From Bacteroidales bacterium (GTDB lineage: Bacteria; Bacteroidota; Bacteroidia; Bacteroidales; VadinHA17): DNA of 45,447 bases. This document shows positions 8,038-17,789 of the stretch, one piece after another; the stretch's first letter is position 1; the number at the start of each line of letters is the position of its first letter. Made by a program: the position numbers and the translations under genes. The stretch spans positions 1 through 45,447 of the forward strand of contig WFSC01000449.1 of NCBI GenBank assembly GCA_015486185.1. Direction: 5' to 3'. Below the pieces are notes generated by a model. That model was not told where the DNA came from and did not search any database. It saw only the letters and a list, made by a program, of their open reading frames with translations.

Positions 8038-11000
8038 CTATTGGGCTACAACGATCAGTACGGATCCTGTGACGGTCTGGCCGCCGGAGGTTACCGTACA
8101 ACGAATGCTAAAGTTTTCAGCGCCGGCAACTACCCTGATCTTGTCTTCTCCAACGGCTACAGTAGATGTTTTCACCTCAGTCCATTCCGTTACACCATCA
8201 TTTTTCCTTTCCCACAGAAAAGTATAGGGTGATTCTCCATTCCCGGCAACAGCATCCACTTCCACCAGGGTCCCGTTGCTGACAAAAGCAGGCTGAGAAC
8301 TTAACGACAAGGTAAGCTTGTCTGCATATAAAGTATTCTGTACCAGTGGAATATAATAATCGCTGGCATTCCCTGTAAGAACCAATGTTCCGTTTCGGAT
8401 GGTATCATATGGATTGGCATCTGCCCCGACACTCACGGACGATTCATTGATTTCCGTGATATAGAATCCTTCACCGGTTATTTTTGCTGTCCATGGATCG
8501 CATCCGGTATAATTTGTCAGGATACGTACCGGATGTTGGGTCCCGTCTGCCGGCAGGGTAACGGTATCATGGTCGGGATAAAAAGCCGGAGCCTCTACCG
8601 TCAGCATAATTTCAGCACAAGAAGTAATATTGGCGCTTCCCTCAGCCCGTACATAGTAGCGGGTATTTCCCTGCGGATAAACCGTAATGCTCACACCCGT
8701 ATCCAGGGGATGCACGGCACATCCGCCGGAATACCAATGCCAAACTGCATTGGTCCCCAGAGAACCTCCGGAAACGGAAAGGATCGTAGGACATCCCTGG
8801 TGGGCAACAGTGCCTGAAGCCACAATGCCATCGGGTGGCTGTGAATAATCAGGTATTGATTCATTAAACACCGGTCTGGTCGTATCTCCGGCATACTGAC
8901 GATAATGATAGGTAACTTTTTTCAGGATCCTGTTCTCCGGATCCCGGGCCACATCCAGCCGCCCGAATGGATCATATTCATACCGGACAGTCCTGCCATT
9001 CGGATCAGTTACGGAGGTCACTCCATAGTATGGATCCTGCGTATAATGTGTCACAGAAGCTTCCGGAGAATAATTATCCGGCGAAGTCCTGTAGGTGGCA
9101 TTATCGGCCTTTGTAACCACCAGGCCATACTCATTGTAATTAAAAGAATGATACACTTCTCCCCGTTTATGATACTGTAAAAGATTACCCCGGTTATCAT
9201 ACTGGTCAAACCAGGCTGCTGTTCGGTAATCCTTTCCTTCCAATACCTGTACCGAGTCGGGAGCTACAATCCCGTTGCCTGAAAATAAGCCGTAAAAGGT
9301 CTTGTACCCTTTGATCCTGACAGAGTCCAGCCAGCTTTCCTCCTGCAGCTTCACGTTATCCATATGCCTTGACAACAGCGTATCAACAGCAGCAGTAAGC
9401 CGGGGCTTATCCGTAACATATGTAAACCGGGTCATCTCGGGAACACTATCGCTGGTAAAGGTTTTCACCTCCCGAACCCGAAAGTAAGAAGTATCATATT
9501 GATAACTCTCGGTTTTCCCAAAAGGATAACCGTTTTTTCTGTCGTACTGATATTCCTTTTTGTAAACAGGATGGTTCCATCCTGTTTGCGTCCCGTACAC
9601 CGAATATTCAACCGAATATATACTGGTATCCTTTTTCACCACCTTAACGGCAGGCACTGTAAAACTGTAAACGGAATCATGGAAATCATTGTAGGTATAT
9701 TCGGTTTTCTCCCGCATTTTCCCGTCTTCCGACCATACCGTTTTTTCTTTGACCTGTCCTCTTTTCCAGTCAAAAGTCATCATTGGGGCAAAGGGAAATT
9801 CGGGCAGGCTGATATCCGGGTACTCAAGGGCAGAAGTATAGTGTGTTACCGTTTTACCCGAGGCCGGGATGATCTCACTCACTTCTGTATATCCTATGTG
9901 GCTGCCGGAGGTGGAACCCAGTTCTGTCTGACTGTTGGAATAGACGGTAAGCGGCATACAGGAATAATGAACTGTCTGTCCCAGATAAAACAACCGGTCT
10001 GGCTCGGTATAATACAAGGGAAATCGCATCAGGACACCACTTGACCAATTTCTGTTTTGTACTTTGGCCCGGTATTGGTACCGTACAAGTCCAATGGTAT
10101 CCCGGGCATAATCCAGATCGGTTTTTTGTTTAAGCCGTACGCCTCCTGCCAGCACATAGGGATGGGTTGCGATGGCTTTGTTCCGGATCACCCGGATGAA
10201 ACCGGCTTCACCGGGAATCCGGGGATAAAATTCTATCTGATAATCACCGGGGTCCAGTATCATGGCATAAGTTTCATCTTTAAAATACCCGTCTGTCCTG
10301 TTCCAGTCCAGGCTGTCATGTTCGGAATATTCATTTATGAACATGACCTGATGGTCAGCAAGACGGATGATCCGGACCAGGGAATTTGAAATAGGGAGAC
10401 CTGCTGTTGAAATAACATTCGGATGCAGTTTGCTGCAAAAATAATAGCGGATATGGATCAGCGGATCATCTTCCTTATCCAGTCGGAAAGTTTTTATCAC
10501 CCGGTAACTGCTGTCATCCGGAAAATGAGGCAGTCCTGCCTGCACCTGTGTACTTTTATAATCATTGGAGTAAATCTTATATATCTTGTCGGCAGGTGAC
10601 CTGTGGACCCAGACATAACATCCGGCTTCTGCTTCAGTGCCTTCCGCATAGGTAAAGATCCTGTACTTCCCCTGATCCAGCCAGACATGAAATTCTTTTT
10701 CATAGCCGGCCGCTATCTCACGGAGCTGCTTATAAGTCAATGAAAAGACGGTATCCTGCTCCTCATCGGGGTCGATCAGATTATTTTTCAGTATAGCCAC
10801 CCTGCTATTATCGCTTATGGTCCCCTGTTCACTTTTCCTGTAAAAAAGCGGAATAACGGTTACCTGTTGGCCAAATTGAATATCCAGATTATAAGAATGG
10901 GTCTGGCCTGAACCATCCAGGAACTTTAATTTTTCCTGTTTCTCCGGCATCATAATATATCCGGCACGATTGGCTTCATACTCCAGGGCTGTTTCTCCTC

Positions 11001-12513
11001 CTGTAGGATAAACGATCCTTTTCAGCAGTCCTGCCTGCATAAAAACAGTATCCGGGGTAAGATCGGCTCCCGGCAGTTCCCATACTTTTTTCTCCAGATA
11101 ATCAAGATTAAGTACAGCCTGTTTGAACCATCTGAAATTTACAGCCCCATTTTCTCCTTCAGGAGGTTGCCAACCGTTTTCTCCCGGATCATTGATCACC
11201 CGGAGGGCAGGTACCGGCGAATAATTCTTTCTGCCATTATAATAACCCCAATAATCCACGGAGAAAGAACCACGTGGCGGCAAAGGCTGCGGATCATAGA
11301 AAAAACGATACGGCGGTTTGGTCCTTCCGCCCGAAGATTCCGTGATCTTATCCAACCGTAATCTTTTGCAGGGATACAGGTAATCTTCTTCCGTACCGCA
11401 CCCTGTGGCAGGGAAGAAACTATAATCAAAGGTGAATGTTTTATTGTATCTGTCTGATACCGGATGAATTACTACAATATCCTTCAAAGCCAGAATGGTT
11501 CCACCCGGGAAACCATCCAGTGTATCTGCATCAAACCTGACATGCATCACCACATTATTATATTTCTGGTCTATCCCGGTCAGATGCTTTTCTTCAATAG
11601 TCGTTACCGTATAATTAAAAAGTTCACCCCTTGCCGGCAGATCGCATCCTTTTTTCCGCATGGGAACGGGGTACCGGTAAGTAACGGTATGAGGGAAATA
11701 GGTAAAGTAAAATTCATCATCCCGGTTGGGTGTAATGATGTGAGCCAGATGCCAGGTAGAATAAAAAAAGACAGCCAGGCTCCCGTGATTATCATTATGG
11801 GTGGATTTTTCACTGGCATTTTCTCCTCCGAAAATATATTTCACCCCGTTTTCATCCGTAACCTCCCATCGAATGATCTTTCCGTTGAGGTCCTTATAGT
11901 ACAAAATCTTCAGATCCTGAGGAGTAATTAACACGGGCTTACCGTCAGGGTCCAGCACAAATTTTCCGGAATGTCCGTTAAAGTTAAAGTAAAATATATC
12001 CGGTTCCAGATCGAGGTAACCGGCTGCCACTCTTTGCAGGAATTCAATTTTATCAATATTTTCCTCCCCCGGGGGCTCCCATTTCCAGATATCTTCCGTA
12101 TTATTCCTTAGCATCTTCAGGTAGGTGTGGCCATAATTCAAATACCCGTTTGTCATATCATCAGGATTCCCCCTAACCGACCGCGTGATGGAACCTCCGG
12201 CATTGAGTGTCCATCCCTGACCGGTCCATCCCGGTATGTCAGACACTTTCATTCCGTTGCATTGATACGAAAGGGAAATAGGAACAGATACCGTATGTCC
12301 TTTCATGGTCCAGAGCGGAATATGGATTGAGGGAGTTCCTGTGTACAGACTTACCGGCACATCCGCCGCCCGTCCCAGGGCCGCCGCATCAGGAGAAGGA
12401 GGGATAATATGATCCAACTGATCAATGGCTTCCTGGGATAAACCGGGGAAAACAGAAATTATCCATAAAAAAAATGAAAATAAAAAGATAAGATATAAAG
12501 CCGTTTTTCTCAT
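8038..12513 (-). CDS. Giant secreted/surface protein: SpvB-like N-terminus, a few YD (Rhs-type) repeats, C-terminal Ig-like and BACON-like domains; no Rhs core or toxin
   Basis: 1491 aa. Signal peptide ends in FPGLSQ. N-terminal VPVSLYTGTPSIHIPLW...ISLSYQCNG...GWTGQGWTLNAGG resembles the SpvB/TcaC N-terminal motif. YD-type repeats lie at about aa 960-1180 (YDNRGNLLQY, TDPNGRTVRYEYDPFGRL). The C-terminus has a Cys-bracketed Ig-like module (CPTILSVSGG...WHWYSGGC...YYVRAEG) and a BACON-like segment. Confidence 0.75.
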   Translation of the reverse strand: MRKTALYLIFLFSFFLWIISVFPGLSQEAIDQLDHIIPPSPDAAALGRAADVPVSLYTGTPSIHIPLWTMKGHTVSVPISLSYQCNGMKVSDIPGWTGQGWTLNAGGSITRSVRGNPDDMTNGYLNYGHTYLKMLRNNTEDIWKWEPPGEENIDKIEFLQRVAAGYLDLEPDIFYFNFNGHSGKFVLDPDGKPVLITPQDLKILYYKDLNGKIIRWEVTDENGVKYIFGGENASEKSTHNDNHGSLAVFFYSTWHLAHIITPNRDDEFYFTYFPHTVTYRYPVPMRKKGCDLPARGELFNYTVTTIEEKHLTGIDQKYNNVVMHVRFDADTLDGFPGGTILALKDIVVIHPVSDRYNKTFTFDYSFFPATGCGTEEDYLYPCKRLRLDKITESSGGRTKPPYRFFYDPQPLPPRGSFSVDYWGYYNGRKNYSPVPALRVINDPGENGWQPPEGENGAVNFRWFKQAVLNLDYLEKKVWELPGADLTPDTVFMQAGLLKRIVYPTGGETALEYEANRAGYIMMPEKQEKLKFLDGSGQTHSYNLDIQFGQQVTVIPLFYRKSEQGTISDNSRVAILKNNLIDPDEEQDTVFSLTYKQLREIAAGYEKEFHVWLDQGKYRIFTYAEGTEAEAGCYVWVHRSPADKIYKIYSNDYKSTQVQAGLPHFPDDSSYRVIKTFRLDKEDDPLIHIRYYFCSKLHPNVISTAGLPISNSLVRIIRLADHQVMFINEYSEHDSLDWNRTDGYFKDETYAMILDPGDYQIEFYPRIPGEAGFIRVIRNKAIATHPYVLAGGVRLKQKTDLDYARDTIGLVRYQYRAKVQNRNWSSGVLMRFPLYYTEPDRLFYLGQTVHYSCMPLTVYSNSQTELGSTSGSHIGYTEVSEIIPASGKTVTHYTSALEYPDISLPEFPFAPMMTFDWKRGQVKEKTVWSEDGKMREKTEYTYNDFHDSVYSFTVPAVKVVKKDTSIYSVEYSVYGTQTGWNHPVYKKEYQYDRKNGYPFGKTESYQYDTSYFRVREVKTFTSDSVPEMTRFTYVTDKPRLTAAVDTLLSRHMDNVKLQEESWLDSVRIKGYKTFYGLFSGNGIVAPDSVQVLEGKDYRTAAWFDQYDNRGNLLQYHKRGEVYHSFNYNEYGLVVTKADNATYRTSPDNYSPEASVTHYTQDPYYGVTSVTDPNGRTVRYEYDPFGRLDVARDPENRILKKVTYHYRQYAGDTTRPVFNESIPDYSQPPDGIVASGTVAHQGCPTILSVSGGSLGTNAVWHWYSGGCAVHPLDTGVSITVYPQGNTRYYVRAEGSANITSCAEIMLTVEAPAFYPDHDTVTLPADGTQHPVRILTNYTGCDPWTAKITGEGFYITEINESSVSVGADANPYDTIRNGTLVLTGNASDYYIPLVQNTLYADKLTLSLSSQPAFVSNGTLVEVDAVAGNGESPYTFLWERKNDGVTEWTEVKTSTVAVGEDKIRVVAGAENFSIRCTVTSGGQTVTGSVLIVVAQ

Positions 12514-12525
12514 AGCGGTTGACAG

Positions 12526-14601
12526 CTAATGATTTTTCAGTATGATAATTTTCCTGGAGAGCTGACCAAAGCGGGAGCGTAAACGCAAATAATATATGCC
12601 GTCCTTCAGATACTTTCTGCTCCACTCAAAAGAATGGATCCCCTTTTGCGATGACTTTTCCGTCAGTACGAAGAGTTTCTTTCCGGACAGATCATATATG
12701 CTGATCTCTATATCTGTCCCTTCCGGCAGGGAATAAACGATCTGTGTGAAGTCATTAAACGGATTGGGATAATTATACAGGTCATACACCGCTGTCAGAT
12801 CATGCACGGGGACCTCCACATCCTTTTCCACCGAACATCCAAGCGAATCGCTGACTTTTACGTGATAAATACCCCCCTGCACACCGGACAGGTCTTCGGT
12901 AACATCCCCATTGTCCCAAAGTATCCTGAAAGGAGGGTTTCCCGATAGCAGGGTCATGTCAACAGCCCCGTTGTTCCCTTCAGGCAGTGTTTCTTCCTTT
13001 ATGTCAAAGGCAAGCCGTACCGAATCGGCTGTCACATGGATACTGTCACTGGCTGTACATCCGTAATGATCCGTGATCACCGCCTTATAAAATCCGGTAT
13101 CATGTACCGGCAGCTTTTCCTCCGGGATATCCCCGGGTGTCCAAAGATATTTTACATACCCTGATCCGGCATCGAGTGTATCTGTGCTCCCAGAGCAAAT
13201 CATTTTTTCGCCGGGAAGATCAAAATGTAATAGCGAACAGGGATCTGTATATTTTAAAAGGTAACTTCCTTCTTCCCTTACTATTTTCTGCCGGTTTTCA
13301 TCATCCGGGAGAGAGAAGGCATCAAAGAAATGACCGCCGATCCATACAGACTGATCCTGCGTGATAGCCAGTACGGTACTATTTTCCTCGTTCTTCCCGC
13401 TGATCTGTTTGGTCCACAGAATAGAAAGATACGGATCAAAGCGGGAGAACATGAGGTCCGGATAACGGTCGCCGGCAGTCAGGGTATCCCTCCCGATGAT
13501 CATATGTTTTTTAAAATCAGCGGTAAAAAAAAGACGGTGCAACGTATCCGAACAAAGGACTGTAATACGGTCATCGGCCCGACCGCCCAAAGTAAATACC
13601 CGGTCAGCCCTGCCTGTATCTGCCCTCAGTATGAAACCATCCAGGTTCCCTGCTGAAACGGCACTTGTATCTGTGGTTGACAATCTGCCCCGGAACCATC
13701 CCGACAGGTAAGGATACCGACCTTCCTGCCATATAGCCGATGTCAGGGAAAGATCCTGGGCTGTAGCCAATACGCGTGCATATGTCAGTTTACCTCCGGA
13801 AGTAAAAACAGCAAGATAGGCAGCCCGCCCGTGATTTGCTTTCAGCAGGGTATCTCCTGCAGCAAGGGTCCGGTCAAATATTCCGGCCATAAAAAGCCTT
13901 CCGTGACTCACATGCAGCAGCCGGATGTCTTCATATCCCTCACCACCCAATATTTTGAAATTCAAAATACCATCCGGTTTCAGGGTCATCAGCAAACCAT
14001 CCCTTTTGCCCTTTGAGCGGTAATATTTCCTGTTCACTACAGCTTTCCGGAATGTCCCGCCCAGCCGGATAACGCCGGCAGTATCCCTGACAACAACAAA
14101 TATCCTGCCCGAAAACCCGCTGATAAGATTTCTCACGCCGGTGATCTCCCCTGCCTTATCCACGAGGATCATTGCCAGATTTCCCCGGCCCGGTGCAACA
14201 AAAACCGAATCCCTGTACCGGATCGTGTCCCTGTAGTAAATTATCAACCGGCCCGACCCGTCCGGCAGGAACAGAGCTCCTTCAACTTCACAGTAACCAC
14301 TCCCTCCGATAGCATGAAGATACTCCGGCTCTCCGGAAGGATACAGTTTACCAATAAAAATATTTTGTTTTCCCCGGGCCTCGATCCTCTTTTCCCGGTA
14401 ATCCAATGTCCCGGAAAAATTTCCGGTAAAATACAGATACCCGGACGTATCACCGGCAGCATAAACAATTGTATTGTATCCGGTACCAAGGATATCCGAT
14501 CCGACAGGAATATATGGCTGAGCCTGGAGACCGATCTTACTTATAAGCACCAGTATCACAGACAAAAAGACCACCTTCCGGAAAATTGGAATCCTTATCA
14601 T
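12526..14601 (-). CDS. T9SS cargo protein: beta-propeller-like N-terminal region, SprB-type repeat, T9SS C-terminal sorting domain
   Basis: 691 aa with a signal peptide. SprB-like repeat GNNGAVDMTLLSGNPPFRILWDNGDVTEDLSGVQGGIYHVKVSDSLGC. C-terminal YNYPNPFNDFTQIVYSLPEGTDIEISIYDLSGKKL...GIYYLRL matches a type A T9SS CTD. Confidence 0.8.
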   Translation of the reverse strand: MIRIPIFRKVVFLSVILVLISKIGLQAQPYIPVGSDILGTGYNTIVYAAGDTSGYLYFTGNFSGTLDYREKRIEARGKQNIFIGKLYPSGEPEYLHAIGGSGYCEVEGALFLPDGSGRLIIYYRDTIRYRDSVFVAPGRGNLAMILVDKAGEITGVRNLISGFSGRIFVVVRDTAGVIRLGGTFRKAVVNRKYYRSKGKRDGLLMTLKPDGILNFKILGGEGYEDIRLLHVSHGRLFMAGIFDRTLAAGDTLLKANHGRAAYLAVFTSGGKLTYARVLATAQDLSLTSAIWQEGRYPYLSGWFRGRLSTTDTSAVSAGNLDGFILRADTGRADRVFTLGGRADDRITVLCSDTLHRLFFTADFKKHMIIGRDTLTAGDRYPDLMFSRFDPYLSILWTKQISGKNEENSTVLAITQDQSVWIGGHFFDAFSLPDDENRQKIVREEGSYLLKYTDPCSLLHFDLPGEKMICSGSTDTLDAGSGYVKYLWTPGDIPEEKLPVHDTGFYKAVITDHYGCTASDSIHVTADSVRLAFDIKEETLPEGNNGAVDMTLLSGNPPFRILWDNGDVTEDLSGVQGGIYHVKVSDSLGCSVEKDVEVPVHDLTAVYDLYNYPNPFNDFTQIVYSLPEGTDIEISIYDLSGKKLFVLTEKSSQKGIHSFEWSRKYLKDGIYYLRLRSRFGQLSRKIIILKNH

Positions 14602-14711
14602 ATCGATAAATTATGGAAAAACGGATGTGATGGCAGGAATGCATTCACATTATATAGTGTCTCCGGGAAGGAAAATCTTACCGGCTTATTTATATGTTTT
14701 ACAACATACCC

Positions 14712-15374
14712 CTAAAAACTCAACTCAAAAGCCAACAAACTGACAGGGTCCCAACGCACAAAAAAGGAAGATTTTCCAACCGGTGCATTGTAAGGAATTC
14801 CATCGGCCGACCAGGTAAAGTCCGTACCTTTCTCATAGACATAGCCCGCTTCAAGACTTGTTTCCAGGGAAAAGGAAAGAATCCGGCTTACGCGGATGGT
14901 AAGGCCGGCAGCAGGCTGTAAGGTAACACCCAGGTCACGAACCTGTATTTTTTCATAGACACCGGCAGACCGCCCACCCGTTTCAGAATAAATAAGTGCA
15001 CTGGTAAACAACAGATCACCGGCCAGGTAAGGTTTTACCAATTTATTTCCAAAACCCTGAACAAAACCTGCTCCCATTTGAATATCCGAATAGAGATGCT
15101 GATCGTTCAGTGCTTCATCTACAATCGAATGATCGATATTTCGCTGAAAATAATCAAATTTCACCCTTACATAACGGTTAAAAGAAACCTGCCGGGTATA
15201 GGTCAGCCCGTGCATAAACATAACATAATAATCATTCTCATGATTAATTACCGGACGGGACATATAACTAAAAAGATTGACCGATATCCTGTTTTGCAGG
15301 ATAATCAGATCATTTTGCGAAAAAGCCGGTATTGAAAAGGCAACAAAAGCGATCAGGATGATATTCTTCCACAT
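14712..15374 (-). CDS. Small outer-membrane beta-barrel protein
   Basis: 220 aa. Signal peptide IAFVAFSIPAFSQ, alternating amphipathic strands, and a C-terminal aromatic residue (..LAFELSF) typical of OMPs. Confidence 0.65.
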   Translation of the reverse strand: MWKNIILIAFVAFSIPAFSQNDLIILQNRISVNLFSYMSRPVINHENDYYVMFMHGLTYTRQVSFNRYVRVKFDYFQRNIDHSIVDEALNDQHLYSDIQMGAGFVQGFGNKLVKPYLAGDLLFTSALIYSETGGRSAGVYEKIQVRDLGVTLQPAAGLTIRVSRILSFSLETSLEAGYVYEKGTDFTWSADGIPYNAPVGKSSFFVRWDPVSLLAFELSF

Positions 15375-15436
15375 ATATCTTTCGAAAACGAGATCATAAA
15401 AAATTATGTACGTTCATTTATAATAAAAGATACATT

Positions 15437-15468
15437 ATAAAAATAAAAATGTCCCTGTTTTAGGGCAT
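15437..15468 (-). terminator. Intrinsic terminator downstream of the MFS gene
   Basis: On the minus strand, ATGCCCT-aaaac-AGGG(a)CAT is followed by TTTTTATTTTTA. A weaker AT-only hairpin plus T-run lies at about 15503-15523. Confidence 0.5.
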
Positions 15469-15549
15469 GTTTTCATTATCAGGAGATACCTGTATCCAAA
15501 AAAATGATAAAATGATATTTTTTATCTCTCGACCTGTTTTTCCGATTTA

Positions 15550-16803
15550 TCAGGATCGTTTCAGTCTGACCAGTGGTGTCAGGATCATCAGGAAGAGAGA
15601 GACGGCAACAAGTCCCGCAGCCACTCCGTATTTGTCTATCAGAAATCCCGTCACAGGGGCAAGAATGGCGGCAAACAAACTTCTCACCTGTGATTCTGTC
15701 GAAAGCACTGTTGCCAGGATCCCGGGAGGAAAGATCTCCGACACATACCCTACACCGACAGGCCTCCGGATATTCTCCAGCAAATAGATCATGGTGAAAG
15801 GGATGATCACCAGCCAGTACCAGGGTGGATGGAACATGAAAAAAATGCCTGCAAAGAGTACCAGTGACAAACCTGCCACCAGGCTTCGATTGAGGAACAC
15901 CGGAAGACTTCCCGTACGGTCAGAAAATCTGCCTGCATTTCGTGATGCCCCTGAGGTGCCAAGATAAAGAATAAAGTACATACCCCCTACCAGCAAGGCA
16001 GTAAGTTGTTTGTGTTGCATTCCGTGTATATGCATTGCCAGTCCGCCGGCCAATGTAGCAAGAACAGGCTGGTAATAGTCCTTTATCACCCTGAAATAAC
16101 CACTGTACAGGGCAATGTTAGACAATGCTTTTACTGTTCTTTTTTCTCGTAACGAACGGACGATGACCATAAAAATATCCCGGAATGATAACCAGATATC
16201 GTGCCAGGTGGTCTTTTTGACCGGCCCGTCCAATATACGTGGATAGGAGATCATCAGGATAAGATCCAGAAAATACGGAATAGAAGAAAAAAGAAAAACA
16301 CTGGCATACGATCCCGAGTAAAAAATGATCCCGGCAGCCAGCAAGGAGGATACGGCTGACCCTGTTTGCGACCATGAGCGTGTATGTCCGTAATAATTAA
16401 CTTTCTCACGCTCCCATCCATGTATGCGTAAATATTCAAAGATCATGGCCTTATGTGTGCCCGTGCGAAAAGCATCCCCAAAACCATAGAATAACATAGC
16501 CACTACAAACAATCCATAGGTCGAAGTCAGATAAAACACAAGAAAAGAAATAATATAAAACAGAAAAGACGCTACCATCGTCCGGCGGCGGCCCAGGATA
16601 TCGGAAAGCATGCCGGTAGGAATCTCCAGTATATTACGCAATATCTCCCGTATGGTAATAAGGGTTCCTATCTGCAGATAAGATAATCCCTTCTCCAGAA
16701 AAAAAAGATACAGAAAGGGCTCAAAGAAACGCAGGTTTTTCAGAAAACCATATGTACAAAATTTATAATATTGAAGATCCTTATGAACAGATGATGATAT
16801 CAT
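15550..16803 (-). CDS. MFS transporter
   Basis: 417 aa with about 12 hydrophobic segments. The loop motif GMLSDILGRRRT matches the MFS signature between TM2 and TM3. Confidence 0.8.
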   Translation of the reverse strand: MISSSVHKDLQYYKFCTYGFLKNLRFFEPFLYLFFLEKGLSYLQIGTLITIREILRNILEIPTGMLSDILGRRRTMVASFLFYIISFLVFYLTSTYGLFVVAMLFYGFGDAFRTGTHKAMIFEYLRIHGWEREKVNYYGHTRSWSQTGSAVSSLLAAGIIFYSGSYASVFLFSSIPYFLDLILMISYPRILDGPVKKTTWHDIWLSFRDIFMVIVRSLREKRTVKALSNIALYSGYFRVIKDYYQPVLATLAGGLAMHIHGMQHKQLTALLVGGMYFILYLGTSGASRNAGRFSDRTGSLPVFLNRSLVAGLSLVLFAGIFFMFHPPWYWLVIIPFTMIYLLENIRRPVGVGYVSEIFPPGILATVLSTESQVRSLFAAILAPVTGFLIDKYGVAAGLVAVSLFLMILTPLVRLKRS

Positions 16804-16941
16804 ATTTTATTTTATCAAAAATAAATAAAATTATCCCGGTTACGAGGTAATAAAAATCACTTTTTTCCCAAAAATACAGGATACTGACTACAACACCTAC
16901 AACTTATTGCATTCTTTTATTCTGTTTTATTCGTAAATAAT

Positions 16942-16971
16942 TTTGGTTAATTACAAAAATTTTTACTTTTG
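16942..16971 (+). promoter_or_regulatory. Bacteroidota sigma-A type promoter for yaaA
   Basis: TTTG at 16942-16945, an 18-nt spacer, then TACTTTTG (TAnnTTTG) at 16964-16971. It lies about 40 nt upstream of the ATG at 17012. Confidence 0.55.
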
Positions 16972-17011
16972 TTCAAATTATATTTCTAAACATCCTCCAT
17001 CACCAATCCTT

Positions 17012-17776
17012 ATGATTGTAGTTTTATCCCCGGCCAAACGTATGGATTTCATGCCTTTGACATCACAGGTAGCTGCTACTTCACCATTGTTTGAAGATGA
17101 AGCCCTGGAGATTGCCGGGAAGATGAAAGAATATAGTCCGGTGCAACTAACACGCCTACTGAAGATCAATCCCGACCTGGCTCTTCTTACGGCAGAACGT
17201 TTTGCATCATTTCAAAAAGAGCCTCTTGACATAGCTGTTAAACCAGCTATCTTTGCTTATAACGGAGATGCTTACAGAGGATTGGATGCTGAAACGCTGT
17301 CACCGGAAGCTCTTTCTTTTGCCGGAGACCATTTACGCATATTCTCAGCCCTGTACGGGATGCTGCGTCCGCTGGACAACATCCAGCCCTATCGCCTCGA
17401 AATGGCAATAACCCTGCATGTTAACAGGGCGAAAAACCTTTATGAATTCTGGAAAGACAAGATAAACGGTTTTCTGGCCAAAGAACTGGCCTCCGACCCT
17501 GTTCCGGTATTGATCAATCTGGCTTCACAGGAATATTTTGCTACCATTGATCCCGACATACTGGGTGCCCGCATTATCACGCCTGTTTTCAGGGAATACC
17601 GGGACGGAATCTATAAAACCCTGTCCATGTACACCAAATATGCACGGGGACTCATGACCCGGTATATTATGGAAGAACAGCTCAATGACCCGGAAGAACT
17701 GAAACTGTTCGATCTGGAAGGATACGCCTTTGATGACAATCTGTCTGAAGACGACCGGTGGGTATTTACAAGGTAA
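17012..17776 (+). CDS. yaaA: Peroxide stress protein YaaA (DUF328)
   Basis: MIVVLSPAKRMDF... is the canonical YaaA N-terminus. The track start at 16943 is an upstream extension. Confidence 0.85.
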   Translation: MIVVLSPAKRMDFMPLTSQVAATSPLFEDEALEIAGKMKEYSPVQLTRLLKINPDLALLTAERFASFQKEPLDIAVKPAIFAYNGDAYRGLDAETLSPEALSFAGDHLRIFSALYGMLRPLDNIQPYRLEMAITLHVNRAKNLYEFWKDKINGFLAKELASDPVPVLINLASQEYFATIDPDILGARIITPVFREYRDGIYKTLSMYTKYARGLMTRYIMEEQLNDPEELKLFDLEGYAFDDNLSEDDRWVFTR

Positions 17777-17789
17777 AAGGATGATCGTT

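Noticed and set aside
8038-12513. A polymorphic Rhs toxin with a downstream immunity gene.
   Set aside because: I found no Rhs core (DPxGL) or C-terminal toxin domain. No small immunity-like ORF lies downstream: the next element is the palindrome pair and then a convergent gene.
12511-12528. The 691-aa and 1491-aa ORFs are in the same frame, separated only by one TAG and four codons, which could suggest amber readthrough or a split pseudogene.
   Set aside because: The upstream protein ends with a complete T9SS C-terminal sorting domain, which must be C-terminal. The downstream protein starts with its own signal peptide. Sharing a frame has a 1-in-3 chance expectation.
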